From a virus (lineage: Duplodnaviria > Caudoviricetes), in IMG/VR virus record IMGVR_UViG_3300021256_000008, positions 1-64,000 of that record: a stretch of DNA of 64,000 nt; one strand, written 5' to 3'. Below the pieces are notes generated by a model that made no database searches, had not been told where the DNA came from, and saw only the letters and a program-made list of their open reading frames with translations. Every line of letters begins with the position of its first letter. Positions within the stretch are counted from its first letter, which is position 1. Position numbers and translations under genes: made by a program. Below are positions 44,887 to 53,179 of the stretch, piece after piece.

Positions 44887-45339
44887 TCACTTCTTCTTGA
44901 ACACAATATTCGCAGCCTGGACCAGAATAGGTGTAGTTCCAGTGTTACGAATACTGAGCGTCTGGCAGCAGCCCTTCCAAATGGACACGTTGGCAGCTCT
45001 GGAGACATTAAAGTACTGTTCAATAGCGGCCGGCGTAACTTCCATTTCGGTTCCTGCCAGAGTATTTCCGTCAAGAGCGAATGCAACCGAAATAGGTCCG
45101 ACTGTCTCTCCTTCAAGAATGGCGATATTAGCGCCGAAATCCACCATATAGTCTACGGTAGCCGGCTTGCAGCAACATCTCCGAACACAGGAACCGGTAT
45201 CGATTCCCTTCATCAGAAAGGCGCCGCTGTCCTCACGGTGCAGAATATAACCCCTCGGGCATGACTGTGCCGTATCGGTGAAGACGATGGCCTCACCGGG
45301 GTTGACCGTCTGAACGGCAACACTAGTCCATTCAGCCAT
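44887..45339 (-). CDS. Beta-rich protein, possible BclA C-terminal/C1q-like jelly roll, with CCC motif
   Basis: QTVNPGEAIVFT...YMVDFGANIA...ISVAFALDG...YFNVS pattern; fold assignment is inference. Confidence 0.5.
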   Translation of the reverse strand: MAEWTSVAVQTVNPGEAIVFTDTAQSCPRGYILHREDSGAFLMKGIDTGSCVRRCCCKPATVDYMVDFGANIAILEGETVGPISVAFALDGNTLAGTEMEVTPAAIEQYFNVSRAANVSIWKGCCQTLSIRNTGTTPILVQAANIVFKKK

Positions 45340-45351
45340 CTCGGCACCTCC

Positions 45352-46194
45352 TTAACCCATGCAGCCGCAGCCTGTATTCTGAGGGCAGCAGTTCTGATTC
45401 TGAGGGCAGCAGTTCGGATTCTGAACGATATACGCAGGACGCGCCGTCGGCAGAACATACTGCTCAATCTCATTAGCCAGAGCACGCTGACCGGCCTGAA
45501 TCGTTGCAGTCTGCTGGGCCTGAGAGGCCAGACGATTCGCTTCGTTCAGCTGAGCCGTAAGAGCAGCAATCTGCTGATCCTTACCGGCAAGCTCGAGCTG
45601 GCAGATCTTATCCATAACGGTCTGAATACCGGCATTCGTAGCATTGACAATCGCCTGGGTATTGGCATTATTTGCCATTAGCATATTGGTCAGACCTTCG
45701 TTCAGGGCAGTGCGATCCGCACAGTTCTCAGTCGCGACCGTATACTTTAAGTCGGCGAGGCCGGCACGGTTCTCACAACAGCAGCTCTGAAGATTCATGG
45801 CCAGGCCATTCATGCCGGAAATCGTCGCTGCCTGATTGGTGTTCAGAGCCTGAAGAATGTTCATGTTGGCATTGCAGCGGGAGATCTCAGCGTTTGCAAA
45901 GCCGTTGTTGATAGCGCCGGTAATGCCGTTCAGAGAACCCATGATGGCAGACTGGTCAAATCCGCGCTGAACATCAGCGTTCTGCTGGTTGCCAATCATA
46001 AACGGCATCATACCGCCCATGCCGCCACCAAAGCCGAAGCCATTGCCCCAACCGTTGTTAGCAAACAGAAGCAGGATAATCAGCCACCAGGCAGCGTCGC
46101 CGCCGAAGAAGCCGTTACCGAAACCACCGTTACCGCCATACATAGGACTTACGGGCATCGTGAAATTGGCATTACCGTTTTCAGAGTAAGACAT
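45352..46194 (-). CDS. Gly-rich protein with TM-like segment, coiled coil and Cys-rich motifs (SCCCEN, NCCPQNQNCCPQNTGCGCMG)
   Basis: Sequence composition; ATG 46194. Confidence 0.8.
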   Translation of the reverse strand: MSYSENGNANFTMPVSPMYGGNGGFGNGFFGGDAAWWLIILLLFANNGWGNGFGFGGGMGGMMPFMIGNQQNADVQRGFDQSAIMGSLNGITGAINNGFANAEISRCNANMNILQALNTNQAATISGMNGLAMNLQSCCCENRAGLADLKYTVATENCADRTALNEGLTNMLMANNANTQAIVNATNAGIQTVMDKICQLELAGKDQQIAALTAQLNEANRLASQAQQTATIQAGQRALANEIEQYVLPTARPAYIVQNPNCCPQNQNCCPQNTGCGCMG

Positions 46195-46559
46195 GATAAT
46201 CTTCTCCTTTGAGAATATGAATTTACGTTCTTTCAATTCGCGCTCTATTTACACAGAAAAATTGCGTCCGGACGAAAGAGGATGAGCACGGATCATTCCG
46301 ACGTATAAGGAATATTTAAACCGACCTCTGGTTAGCTGCTCCTTGGTTGGTCTAAACCAATATAAAAAGAGCCTTACGCAAAATTTGCGCAAAGCTCTGA
46401 TTTGACAAAGTTATTTTGAATTATACTTGATCGTTTTAACCCGCGAAGGGCAACAGTTGTAAAACAAGAAACTGACCTGTTGACAGTTTAAGTTGTTAAG
46501 TTTTTGCTCTTCAAAAGAAAAGTCTACAATACAAATACCACGAAAGTGTAGCTCAAAGA

Positions 46560-46916
46560 TTATACGATAAACGAAATGTGCCCTCGAAGTCTGTCTTCTG
46601 TATTCGATATAGCGTTAAAGCGTGCAGAAACCAAAACATCACCGTTTCTCGATACAGAAAATGTACTGCCGGAAGATGTAGAACGGTCTGTCCCCATTAA
46701 AACATTTACATCCATCTTTGGCCTATACCCTTCTGGAAGCGTCACTATAGTTTTATTTTTCCAAGCACTTATAGTTCCTAACTCTGAAACAAAATAAAGA
46801 GCATCTAAAGTTACTACATTTCCGGCACGGCAGTATTCCACATAGGATACCGTTCCAAGAGTTATTTTTACAGGGGCTTCTGCTGTGCCTCTTATAATTT
46901 TGCTTGTTGCCATCAC
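46560..46916 (-). CDS. Stand-alone tail-fibre-tip-like beta domain
   Basis: RAGNVVTL...IVTLPEGYRP motif. Confidence 0.5.
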   Translation of the reverse strand: MMATSKIIRGTAEAPVKITLGTVSYVEYCRAGNVVTLDALYFVSELGTISAWKNKTIVTLPEGYRPKMDVNVLMGTDRSTSSGSTFSVSRNGDVLVSARFNAISNTEDRLRGHISFIV

Positions 46917-46948
46917 TCAGCCCTCCGATTATTTATGTTCATTTTGAT

Positions 46949-47275
46949 TTACTTATCGGAATTCTCGACTTTAACCTTCGCAACCTTCATGTTCAGAAGA
47001 TCGGAAACAGTGATGTTGCCGAAGTTAAACGCAGCCGTCTCTTCATCCGGATTTAGGGTGATAGTACCGGCAACATCCTTACCGTTCTTGTAATAGCTAT
47101 TAGAACTGATCTGCAGCAGAGCTCCGAGAAATGCGTCGACGGCAACGATCGTTCCGACAATCGCATCGGCATAGGGAAGATTCCACAGCGGAGCGAGCGC
47201 CGCATACAGAGTGCCAAGTGCAGGCAGGACAATCTGGGCAATGTACTTCAGTACGTCATAGGTTTTATTATTCAT
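46949..47275 (-). CDS. Holin, Dp-1 family
   Basis: YDVLKYIAQIVLPALGTLYAAL...W.LPY..AIVGTI.AVDAFLGALLQISS. Confidence 0.85.
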   Translation of the reverse strand: MNNKTYDVLKYIAQIVLPALGTLYAALAPLWNLPYADAIVGTIVAVDAFLGALLQISSNSYYKNGKDVAGTITLNPDEETAAFNFGNITVSDLLNMKVAKVKVENSDK

Positions 47276-47796
47276 GATTCTTCTCCTTCCTCTTTTAAGA
47301 AACTATGTTCTTGAATGCATTTTTCATAGAGCCGCCTTATTTCTTTAATTGCGGCTTCTATAACACCATTCTTGATTTCATTCTTCTGAATGTGTGATTC
47401 ATAAGCATCACACTTTTTGATCATAAAATCGAATTGCTCTTTTGTATGCTTTCGCCCATTCATGCAGGCGTTTGCAAACTCAAGGATATCGCGTCTGGTA
47501 TCTTCCAGAGACTTTTTTTCCGATTCGGTGATGTGCTCAGAAAGCTGAGTCTGAACATAATCGACCTTTTTGTCGAGAGCTTTAATTTCGCCACGAACCG
47601 TATCCATTTTCTTATCGATCTTATCGTTGAATCTGGATCCGATCCACTTAATAATAGCGCTCCACGGGCTCCACTTGATTTTCGGGATGATCTCGATCCC
47701 GATTGACATCAGAAAGATCAGCACGCCCCAGAAAGTCGTCGCTTTCCAACCGATGTAATTTAAAAAATCCTGAAATGTCATAGGATTTTCCTCCAA
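47272..47796 (-). CDS. Membrane-anchored lysis-cassette protein
   Basis: IEIIPKIKWSPWS...RRDILEFAN...HTKEQF; between endolysin and holin. Confidence 0.6.
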   Translation of the reverse strand: MEENPMTFQDFLNYIGWKATTFWGVLIFLMSIGIEIIPKIKWSPWSAIIKWIGSRFNDKIDKKMDTVRGEIKALDKKVDYVQTQLSEHITESEKKSLEDTRRDILEFANACMNGRKHTKEQFDFMIKKCDAYESHIQKNEIKNGVIEAAIKEIRRLYEKCIQEHSFLKEEGEES

Positions 47797-47911
47797 AGAA
47801 AAAATAGAGCGAACCGTTTTATTGGAACGCCCTGTTAAAATTAAACCGGCCCGTTGCTATGAAACCATACAATAATGGCTGTCATAGCCCCAAACCACAA
47901 AAGAAACCACT

Positions 47912-49492
47912 TCATACTTTAAGCAGCTCCTTCCATGTTTTTGGGCCGATTTCACCGTCCAGTTCGAGACCTTTTGCTTTCTGGAAATGTCGGATCTTCT
48001 CATCCATTTCCTTACCGAAGATACCGGTTACGACGATGGTGTAGCCCCAGCACTGCAAAGCTGCCTGCGCAAGCTTCACATCGGAGCCCTCATCTTCCAT
48101 TTTGATTTCGCGAACTCGAATGTTTGGAAACGGAATCTGAGTTACGGGCTCAATAACGGTCTCTTCCTGCTTCGGCTTCGGTGTGTTAAGCGCTGCCTCC
48201 AACGCCTTTCTAGTATCAGGACCGACTTCACCGTCAACAGGATCAAGACCGTGCTCAGTCTGGAACTTCTTCACAGCATTGTAGGTATCCGTGCCGAAAT
48301 CTCCGTCCGCGCCCCATTTACCGAGATCGTATCCAAGCTTCATGAGCTTCTGCTGAAGATCTTTCACGTCTTCGCCGCTTACACCCATTCGAAGAATGCG
48401 ATCAGAAGTATTAGAGAATACAGCCGAAACATCACCATTTGATGCAAGCTCCCATCTCGGTCTTCCGTAACCATAAATCGACGCACTCGACAGGGAATAT
48501 GTACGTCTGCTTACCTGATCGGATGAGTTACCTTCAATTGTTGTCACCATTCCGCTGGAAACTGCTTCGACAATTCCTGTATGGCTCACTTCGCCGGCTG
48601 AATAGGTAAAGAAGATCTGATCACCTGGTTTCGGATCATTCGTCCAACGTCCTGCCTGCTTGTAGTACTGTGCTGAATAAAGGCATCCGGCGCCGGCACT
48701 GTTATATGGCTGACATACCATCTGCCGTCCGATTTCCGCGCCGAAACATTTCACGAACAGCCAGTCTACAAATACATCGCACCAGGCATAACCGTTCTTG
48801 TTTCCATTATAGAAATTCCCGATGGCAGCCAGGTCTCTTGCGTATTTTGTCCAGTTACCTGCTCCTGAGTTTGCGGTCTTATCGTCAAGACTTGCGTTTG
48901 AAGCTTTTTCATGGTAACCGAGTTCGGCTCGTGCCTGGTTGAGAGCCTTTTCGATTGCCTCATCTGCACTAATAGCAGAAGAACCGTCGTCAAGAGTAAG
49001 TGCCGAGAACATTTTAAAGAAGTTCTGAGCTGCCTGATAGCGGTTCACCATGTTGTTTGTTTTTTCTTTCGGATTCTCCCATTTGTCGAGGAGCTCCCAG
49101 GTACAGGCTTTCAGATCCGAACTGCTTGTTACCAGTTTCCACTGATTTGGGAAATAATTTTTCATTTCCCAGAGCAGATACTGAATCTGAGTTTCAGAGT
49201 CTCCGATCGATTTACCCCTTGCTCGATGGAAATCGTACATGCGGCCTTTTCTTGTGGGTTCGGTCCACTGTGCATATCCATAGCCAACGCCGTCATAGGA
49301 AAACTGATGTCTGGTACGCTCTCCTGAATCTATCTGAGCTGTGTAAACATCATCGGCAATTCCCTTTGAGTCTTCGGCGTTGTTTGGCCGGAACGCACTT
49401 TCGAACTGAATCTGTCCAAGAGTCGCGCAGGCTCCTGCTTGAGTCATACCGGCTTCTCGAAAGCGCCGATAAAGGTGTTCTTGTGTTGTCAT
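47912..49492 (-). CDS. Endolysin: phage-tail-lysozyme-like domain, CHAP domain, two PG-binding domains
   Basis: LGQIQFES...GYGYAQWT; WCDVFV...HTGIV...TIEGNSS; DVKDLQ..L..LGY..DGDFG..T..AVKKFQ..GL..DG.VGP.T twice. Confidence 0.92.
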   Translation of the reverse strand: MTTQEHLYRRFREAGMTQAGACATLGQIQFESAFRPNNAEDSKGIADDVYTAQIDSGERTRHQFSYDGVGYGYAQWTEPTRKGRMYDFHRARGKSIGDSETQIQYLLWEMKNYFPNQWKLVTSSSDLKACTWELLDKWENPKEKTNNMVNRYQAAQNFFKMFSALTLDDGSSAISADEAIEKALNQARAELGYHEKASNASLDDKTANSGAGNWTKYARDLAAIGNFYNGNKNGYAWCDVFVDWLFVKCFGAEIGRQMVCQPYNSAGAGCLYSAQYYKQAGRWTNDPKPGDQIFFTYSAGEVSHTGIVEAVSSGMVTTIEGNSSDQVSRRTYSLSSASIYGYGRPRWELASNGDVSAVFSNTSDRILRMGVSGEDVKDLQQKLMKLGYDLGKWGADGDFGTDTYNAVKKFQTEHGLDPVDGEVGPDTRKALEAALNTPKPKQEETVIEPVTQIPFPNIRVREIKMEDEGSDVKLAQAALQCWGYTIVVTGIFGKEMDEKIRHFQKAKGLELDGEIGPKTWKELLKV

Positions 49493-49505
49493 TTTGAATC
49501 ACAAC

Positions 49506-49727
49506 CTATCTGTTTCGTCCGGTAAGCTTATTCGCAATGGCTGCATACTGGTTAAACTGATCCGGAGTCATTTTTTCATTTTGAATTAATTGTCGAACAA
49601 TCTGCTCAGGTGACATACCAGTTGGAGCAATCTGTCGTGCCAAGTTCTGAAGAGCAGAATTCAGATCAAAGCCGGGTCCGAATCCCTGCTGCTGGTTTTG
49701 CTGATGAGAGTTAAAGAATGGATTCAT
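49506..49727 (-). CDS. Small Gln-rich protein
   Basis: GGAGG RBS; PEQIVRQLIQNEKMTPDQFNQ. Confidence 0.7.
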   Translation of the reverse strand: MNPFFNSHQQNQQQGFGPGFDLNSALQNLARQIAPTGMSPEQIVRQLIQNEKMTPDQFNQYAAIANKLTGRNR

Positions 49728-49740
49728 TACGTTATCCTCC

Positions 49741-50235
49741 TCAACCGTTCAGAAGCTTTTCAAGCTTATTATTCATTCCGTCGACCGTTCCGGCGAGTTT
49801 CTCGACAAGATCGTAAAGCTGCTTGTGCTCATCTTTCGTTACGAACTGAGCTTCGGGGCCGAACGGAAGTTCTTCAACTGTGTAGTGAAGGGCATGGATC
49901 GGATTTTTAATATTCCCGTTGGCGTCCGTTTCACGACGATAAATCACAGGATTGTTATTATCCTGAAAATACATCTCTTCGCTCGGAGAAGTCGGATATG
50001 ACAAAACTTCATCCATGCTTTCGACCCAAACAATATTACATTTAGGCCCGGTAGTCGCATTCATGATCGGATTCATCGGCTGAGTATTTGGCACCGGATT
50101 TACTGTCGGAAGGCTTGTGAATCCTTTCGCAGTTCCTGCAGAAGGTACTGGTGTCGGAAGTACCGGATTAGTAAATGGTTTGGTTACGGATGTCCCGACC
50201 GAAGCCGGGTTTGATCCAAATGTATTTATGCTCAT
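49741..50235 (-). CDS. Pro/Asn-rich hypothetical protein
   Basis: AAGGAG RBS; low-complexity N-terminus, IVWVES...YRRETDANG C-terminal domain. Confidence 0.7.
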   Translation of the reverse strand: MSINTFGSNPASVGTSVTKPFTNPVLPTPVPSAGTAKGFTSLPTVNPVPNTQPMNPIMNATTGPKCNIVWVESMDEVLSYPTSPSEEMYFQDNNNPVIYRRETDANGNIKNPIHALHYTVEELPFGPEAQFVTKDEHKQLYDLVEKLAGTVDGMNNKLEKLLNG

Positions 50236-50241
50236 TTCTTA

Positions 50242-50622
50242 TTATTCTCCTTTCGTCCAGTAATACGTGGGCGTCTCACTCCCTGAATCCCATGTATCGT
50301 AATAGTCTCCATCTACTACAGTTACAACATGCTGATCTAAGACCAATAAAAAGCTGCCGAGAGGATGATCTCGACAGAAGTCTTTTACAGTATATTTACC
50401 TAGAAATTGGTCAGGAATAAACCTTCTTGTAAATCCAAGCTTATAAAGATATGCTCCCCAGGTGGCGTTCCCGGAGGGCATATCTTTATACAGGAATCCT
50501 TGGAAGGTAGTGGCGGTATAGACTGTATCCCAGTCCTGGTTAAGCAACTTACAGATTGCTCTTATAGTACAGTCGCCAACAAACCTTCCATTTGGATTCG
50601 GGTTGAAAAATTTAAAGGCCAT
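50242..50622 (-). CDS. Putative papain-like (C39-type) cysteine peptidase
   Basis: NPNP..VGDCTIRAI (Cys), HVVTV (His), YYDTWDS (Asp). Confidence 0.5.
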   Translation of the reverse strand: MAFKFFNPNPNGRFVGDCTIRAICKLLNQDWDTVYTATTFQGFLYKDMPSGNATWGAYLYKLGFTRRFIPDQFLGKYTVKDFCRDHPLGSFLLVLDQHVVTVVDGDYYDTWDSGSETPTYYWTKGE

Positions 50623-50628
50623 TTTGTT

Positions 50629-50982
50629 TTAATAGCCGTAACGCGATACTTCTTTAAGAGTCCACTCTAGCTCAGCAATCTGTTCTTTGAACACGTTTAC
50701 AACTGTCGCTGAGACTGGCGTATCAAAGATCTGACGCGTTTTTAGATAAATATACTGCTTTACTTCTTCTGGTCTGGTATCGGCCGACATAAAATCATCC
50801 CAAGTTTCTGATGAACCTGTGATCTTAAAAGGAAGTGTAGGACCGACACCAAGTTGGCATAGTCGGGAAAATGCAGTATTAATATGGATGATAAGATCTG
50901 TATCGAAGATTTCATATGATGCAGATGGACCTATCATCTTACGAATTGTTTCTAAAATACTATTCGTTTCTTCAGTTGGCAC
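50629..50982 (-). CDS. Head-tail adaptor-like protein
   Basis: SIL.TIRKM.G...FDTDLIIHIN.AFS.L.QLGVGP...ELEW.L. Confidence 0.6.
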   Translation of the reverse strand: MPTEETNSILETIRKMIGPSASYEIFDTDLIIHINTAFSRLCQLGVGPTLPFKITGSSETWDDFMSADTRPEEVKQYIYLKTRQIFDTPVSATVVNVFKEQIAELEWTLKEVSRYGY

Positions 50983-51004
50983 GGGTCGTCACCTCTGTTT
51001 CCTA

Positions 51005-51033
51005 TTGAGAAATGTCTTATGTTTTGCTATAAT
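51005..51033 (+). promoter_or_regulatory. Near-consensus sigma-A promoter TTGAGA-N17-TATAAT with extended -10
   Basis: Read directly upstream of the plus-strand moron. Confidence 0.8.
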
Positions 51034-51069
51034 GAAGTCACATAACAAATATAAGAAAGGATTGCGGGC

Positions 51070-51666
51070 ATGAAAAAATTCATTTCAATGATGCTGGTTC
51101 TGACGCTGCTTGGAAGTTTATTCTCTGTAACATCTTTTGCTGATGCCAAATCTGACATTGAAGTAATGTCAAAAATAGCAGACAAACTTTTTGATACTTC
51201 AGATGACATGGATGTCCAGGTATTCTTTTCAGCAGCTACTTATGAACTGTTACGTAGAAAAATTATTTCGGTTGAGCAATGCAATGAAATACTTTCAATC
51301 ATTCAGTCACCGGATAAAAATACTTATACATTCGGTAAGGGAACCTTTATTGTCGGTACAGATCTGAAAGCCGGCACCTATAATATCTTTTGTGAATCTA
51401 CGGACCAGGATAATTACTCGGACAGCATAAGTTCTTTCGGAGATCTCTATACCCAGTATGGGATGCAGGAATATGCAGACGCTTTTAGTTCTCTTGGTGG
51501 TCTTGCTGATTCGATGAAGTCTATTACTGTTACGACTTACTCTTCCAGAGGTCTGATGGATAAGTACTACACACTGAAAAATAATGAATCAGCTCGTATC
51601 ATTCTGACAGATGGAATGCAGCTTGAAATTAGCGGCGGAACTGCAAGACTTGAGTTCGTAAGATAA
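51070..51666 (+). CDS. Secreted or surface moron protein, opposite strand to the morphogenesis operon
   Basis: Signal peptide MKKFISMMLVLTLLGSLFSVTSFA; G.FIVGTDLKAGTY motif; own promoter and AAAGGA RBS. Confidence 0.8.
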   Translation: MKKFISMMLVLTLLGSLFSVTSFADAKSDIEVMSKIADKLFDTSDDMDVQVFFSAATYELLRRKIISVEQCNEILSIIQSPDKNTYTFGKGTFIVGTDLKAGTYNIFCESTDQDNYSDSISSFGDLYTQYGMQEYADAFSSLGGLADSMKSITVTTYSSRGLMDKYYTLKNNESARIILTDGMQLEISGGTARLEFVR

Positions 51667-51667
51667 C

Positions 51668-52099
51668 TTAAATCTTCCAGGGACATGTGTCATTTGGTGT
51701 TCTTACTACGAGCTCATAAGGTGTAATAAGAGACTCGTCACCATAATGAATCGCGTCATGAGTTCGTTTACGACAAGAAATAACATACTCGGGATTCATT
51801 AAGAACTGTGTCTGATCAATGATGTCTTTCGTATCTATTGGATTCATATGGTGAATAAATATCTTTTCATGCTCCCCAAACGGATGATCAAGATCCGCCA
51901 AGTCACAACCGAAGTCTCTTAAAATTATCTCTCTTCTAAACTTTCGCCATTCGTACGATGTGTAGAATTTTTGATTTAAATATCGCTCCCAGCCAAAAGT
52001 TTCTTCACCAACTTTTCCGCCGAGCTTTAGATAGCGAAAACGCTCAAGAAATGTAGGAAGAGCCATAAGCTCAGAATACGTACGGATTTTCTGGTACAT
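51668..52099 (-). CDS. HNH endonuclease, probably packaging-associated
   Basis: WRKFRREIILRD.GCD...IHHMNP...VISC...HDAIH; adjacent to small terminase. Confidence 0.8.
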   Translation of the reverse strand: MYQKIRTYSELMALPTFLERFRYLKLGGKVGEETFGWERYLNQKFYTSYEWRKFRREIILRDFGCDLADLDHPFGEHEKIFIHHMNPIDTKDIIDQTQFLMNPEYVISCRKRTHDAIHYGDESLITPYELVVRTPNDTCPWKI

Positions 52100-52436
52100 C
52101 GGTAGACTCCGTTCTATAATTCTTAAGAGCTGCAACAACTTCTTTGTAAAATATAGCACGATCTTTCTCGGACTCGATAGCCGATGTCTTAGCTCTGAGT
52201 AACGCGTTCTCCTCTTGCAGTTTCGCCATCTCTTCTCTATACTTTGCAGAACCGGCCTTTAGAAAAGGAACTATCTCGGCAGCCGTTGCAGTGCCATTAT
52301 CAATTCGCTCTTCAACAAGGCGATAGCTTTTCATGATCAATCGGTTCTCATACTCTTCTGGAGTGGTCGGAATTGGCTCAGGAAAAACTTCACTACTAGT
52401 TTGTTTGGGTTTTCGTGCAGCCAAGGTATAGTTCAT
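52071..52436 (-). CDS. Putative terminase small subunit
   Basis: Helical 121 aa, first gene of the morphogenesis operon, next to HNH and candidate packaging site. Confidence 0.5.
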   Translation of the reverse strand: MNYTLAARKPKQTSSEVFPEPIPTTPEEYENRLIMKSYRLVEERIDNGTATAAEIVPFLKAGSAKYREEMAKLQEENALLRAKTSAIESEKDRAIFYKEVVAALKNYRTESTDVPENPYVF

Positions 52437-52460
52437 CTCCTTTCTTGCCTAGTTTTACCA

Positions 52461-52864
52461 TAGTCTCGATACTTTTTAGGTGAGTATGATGCTAGTTTTC
52501 ACTAGAGTATGGACGGAGCAAATGACACGAAAGGAGAACCCTTGGAAGAAGAGGAATACGGCAATGAGCAAAACCGTTAACGAATACATCATACTCACTT
52601 AAAAAGCATCGGACTAAAATATAAACTATCCCCCCGGAGGAAAATTTAGGACCCGCGCGATTATGGGCCCCCTATATTATATTTTGACCCTCCCCCGGGT
52701 GTTTATATCCGATTTATATTTAGTTTATGTTCATAAAAGACGAATGAACAAGCGCAAAGCGCATAGAAGTTGTAAGAAATGCAACTAGATAGCGATTCGT
52801 TATGAGATAGTTGACATCTATACCTATAATCAATCTATAATCATACAAAAAGCTATCTAGTTGC
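52461..52864. repeat. Non-coding region with a 24-bp inverted repeat (52468-52491/52587-52610), a GC-rich block (52629-52700) and a perfect 13-bp inverted repeat (52781-52793/52852-52864); candidate cos/packaging region
   Basis: Repeats read directly; cos role inferred from position. Confidence 0.5.
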
Positions 52865-52912
52865 GGTCTAGTTTCAGTTTATTTCGTTTCTATTATTACA
52901 ATTTTATTCTTT

Positions 52913-53179
52913 CTAACTCTCTACGACTTTTACATAACATACTTCTTTTCCAGTAACAGGACTAATCATTCGAAGATCCATCGCTACAATCTCATCACAA
53001 GCATCTTCGATAGCCTGATCCATTTCTTTTTCCGTAAGATCGGGAGAAATAGCAGCAATGCGCGCGAGGTAGGACATGGAATAATAGCCACATTCTTTTT
53101 CGTCATACGCTGCCCAACGATCATATTGTTTGAATGGATCAAACTTATTGTCACTTGTTGTTATTAGTGTTCGCGCCAT
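52913..53179 (-). CDS. Small acidic protein overlapping the end of the RNAP gene
   Basis: GGGAGG RBS; TT.DN.FDPF.QYD.W...GY.S.SYLARIA. Confidence 0.75.
   Translation of the reverse strand: MARTLITTSDNKFDPFKQYDRWAAYDEKECGYYSMSYLARIAAISPDLTEKEMDQAIEDACDEIVAMDLRMISPVTGKEVCYVKVVES

Larger units (their letters stand above)
4682..49497 (-). repeat. Dispersed oriented 14-mer AWTCAAAATGRAAR (at least 22 copies of core TCAAAATG)
   Basis: Core (plus CATTTTGA) at 4687, 5958, 9348, 10054, 10550, 11209, 13727, 14471, 14920, 19845, 25352, 32357, 34411, 36498, 38985, 39829, 41827, 42679, 44870, 46940, 48098, 49490. Confidence 0.85.

Noticed and set aside
46262-46310. Hammerhead ribozyme (GACGAAA...GATGAG on plus)
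   Set aside because: No CUGAUGA core and no room for stems I and III between the motifs; only a simple hairpin on the minus strand
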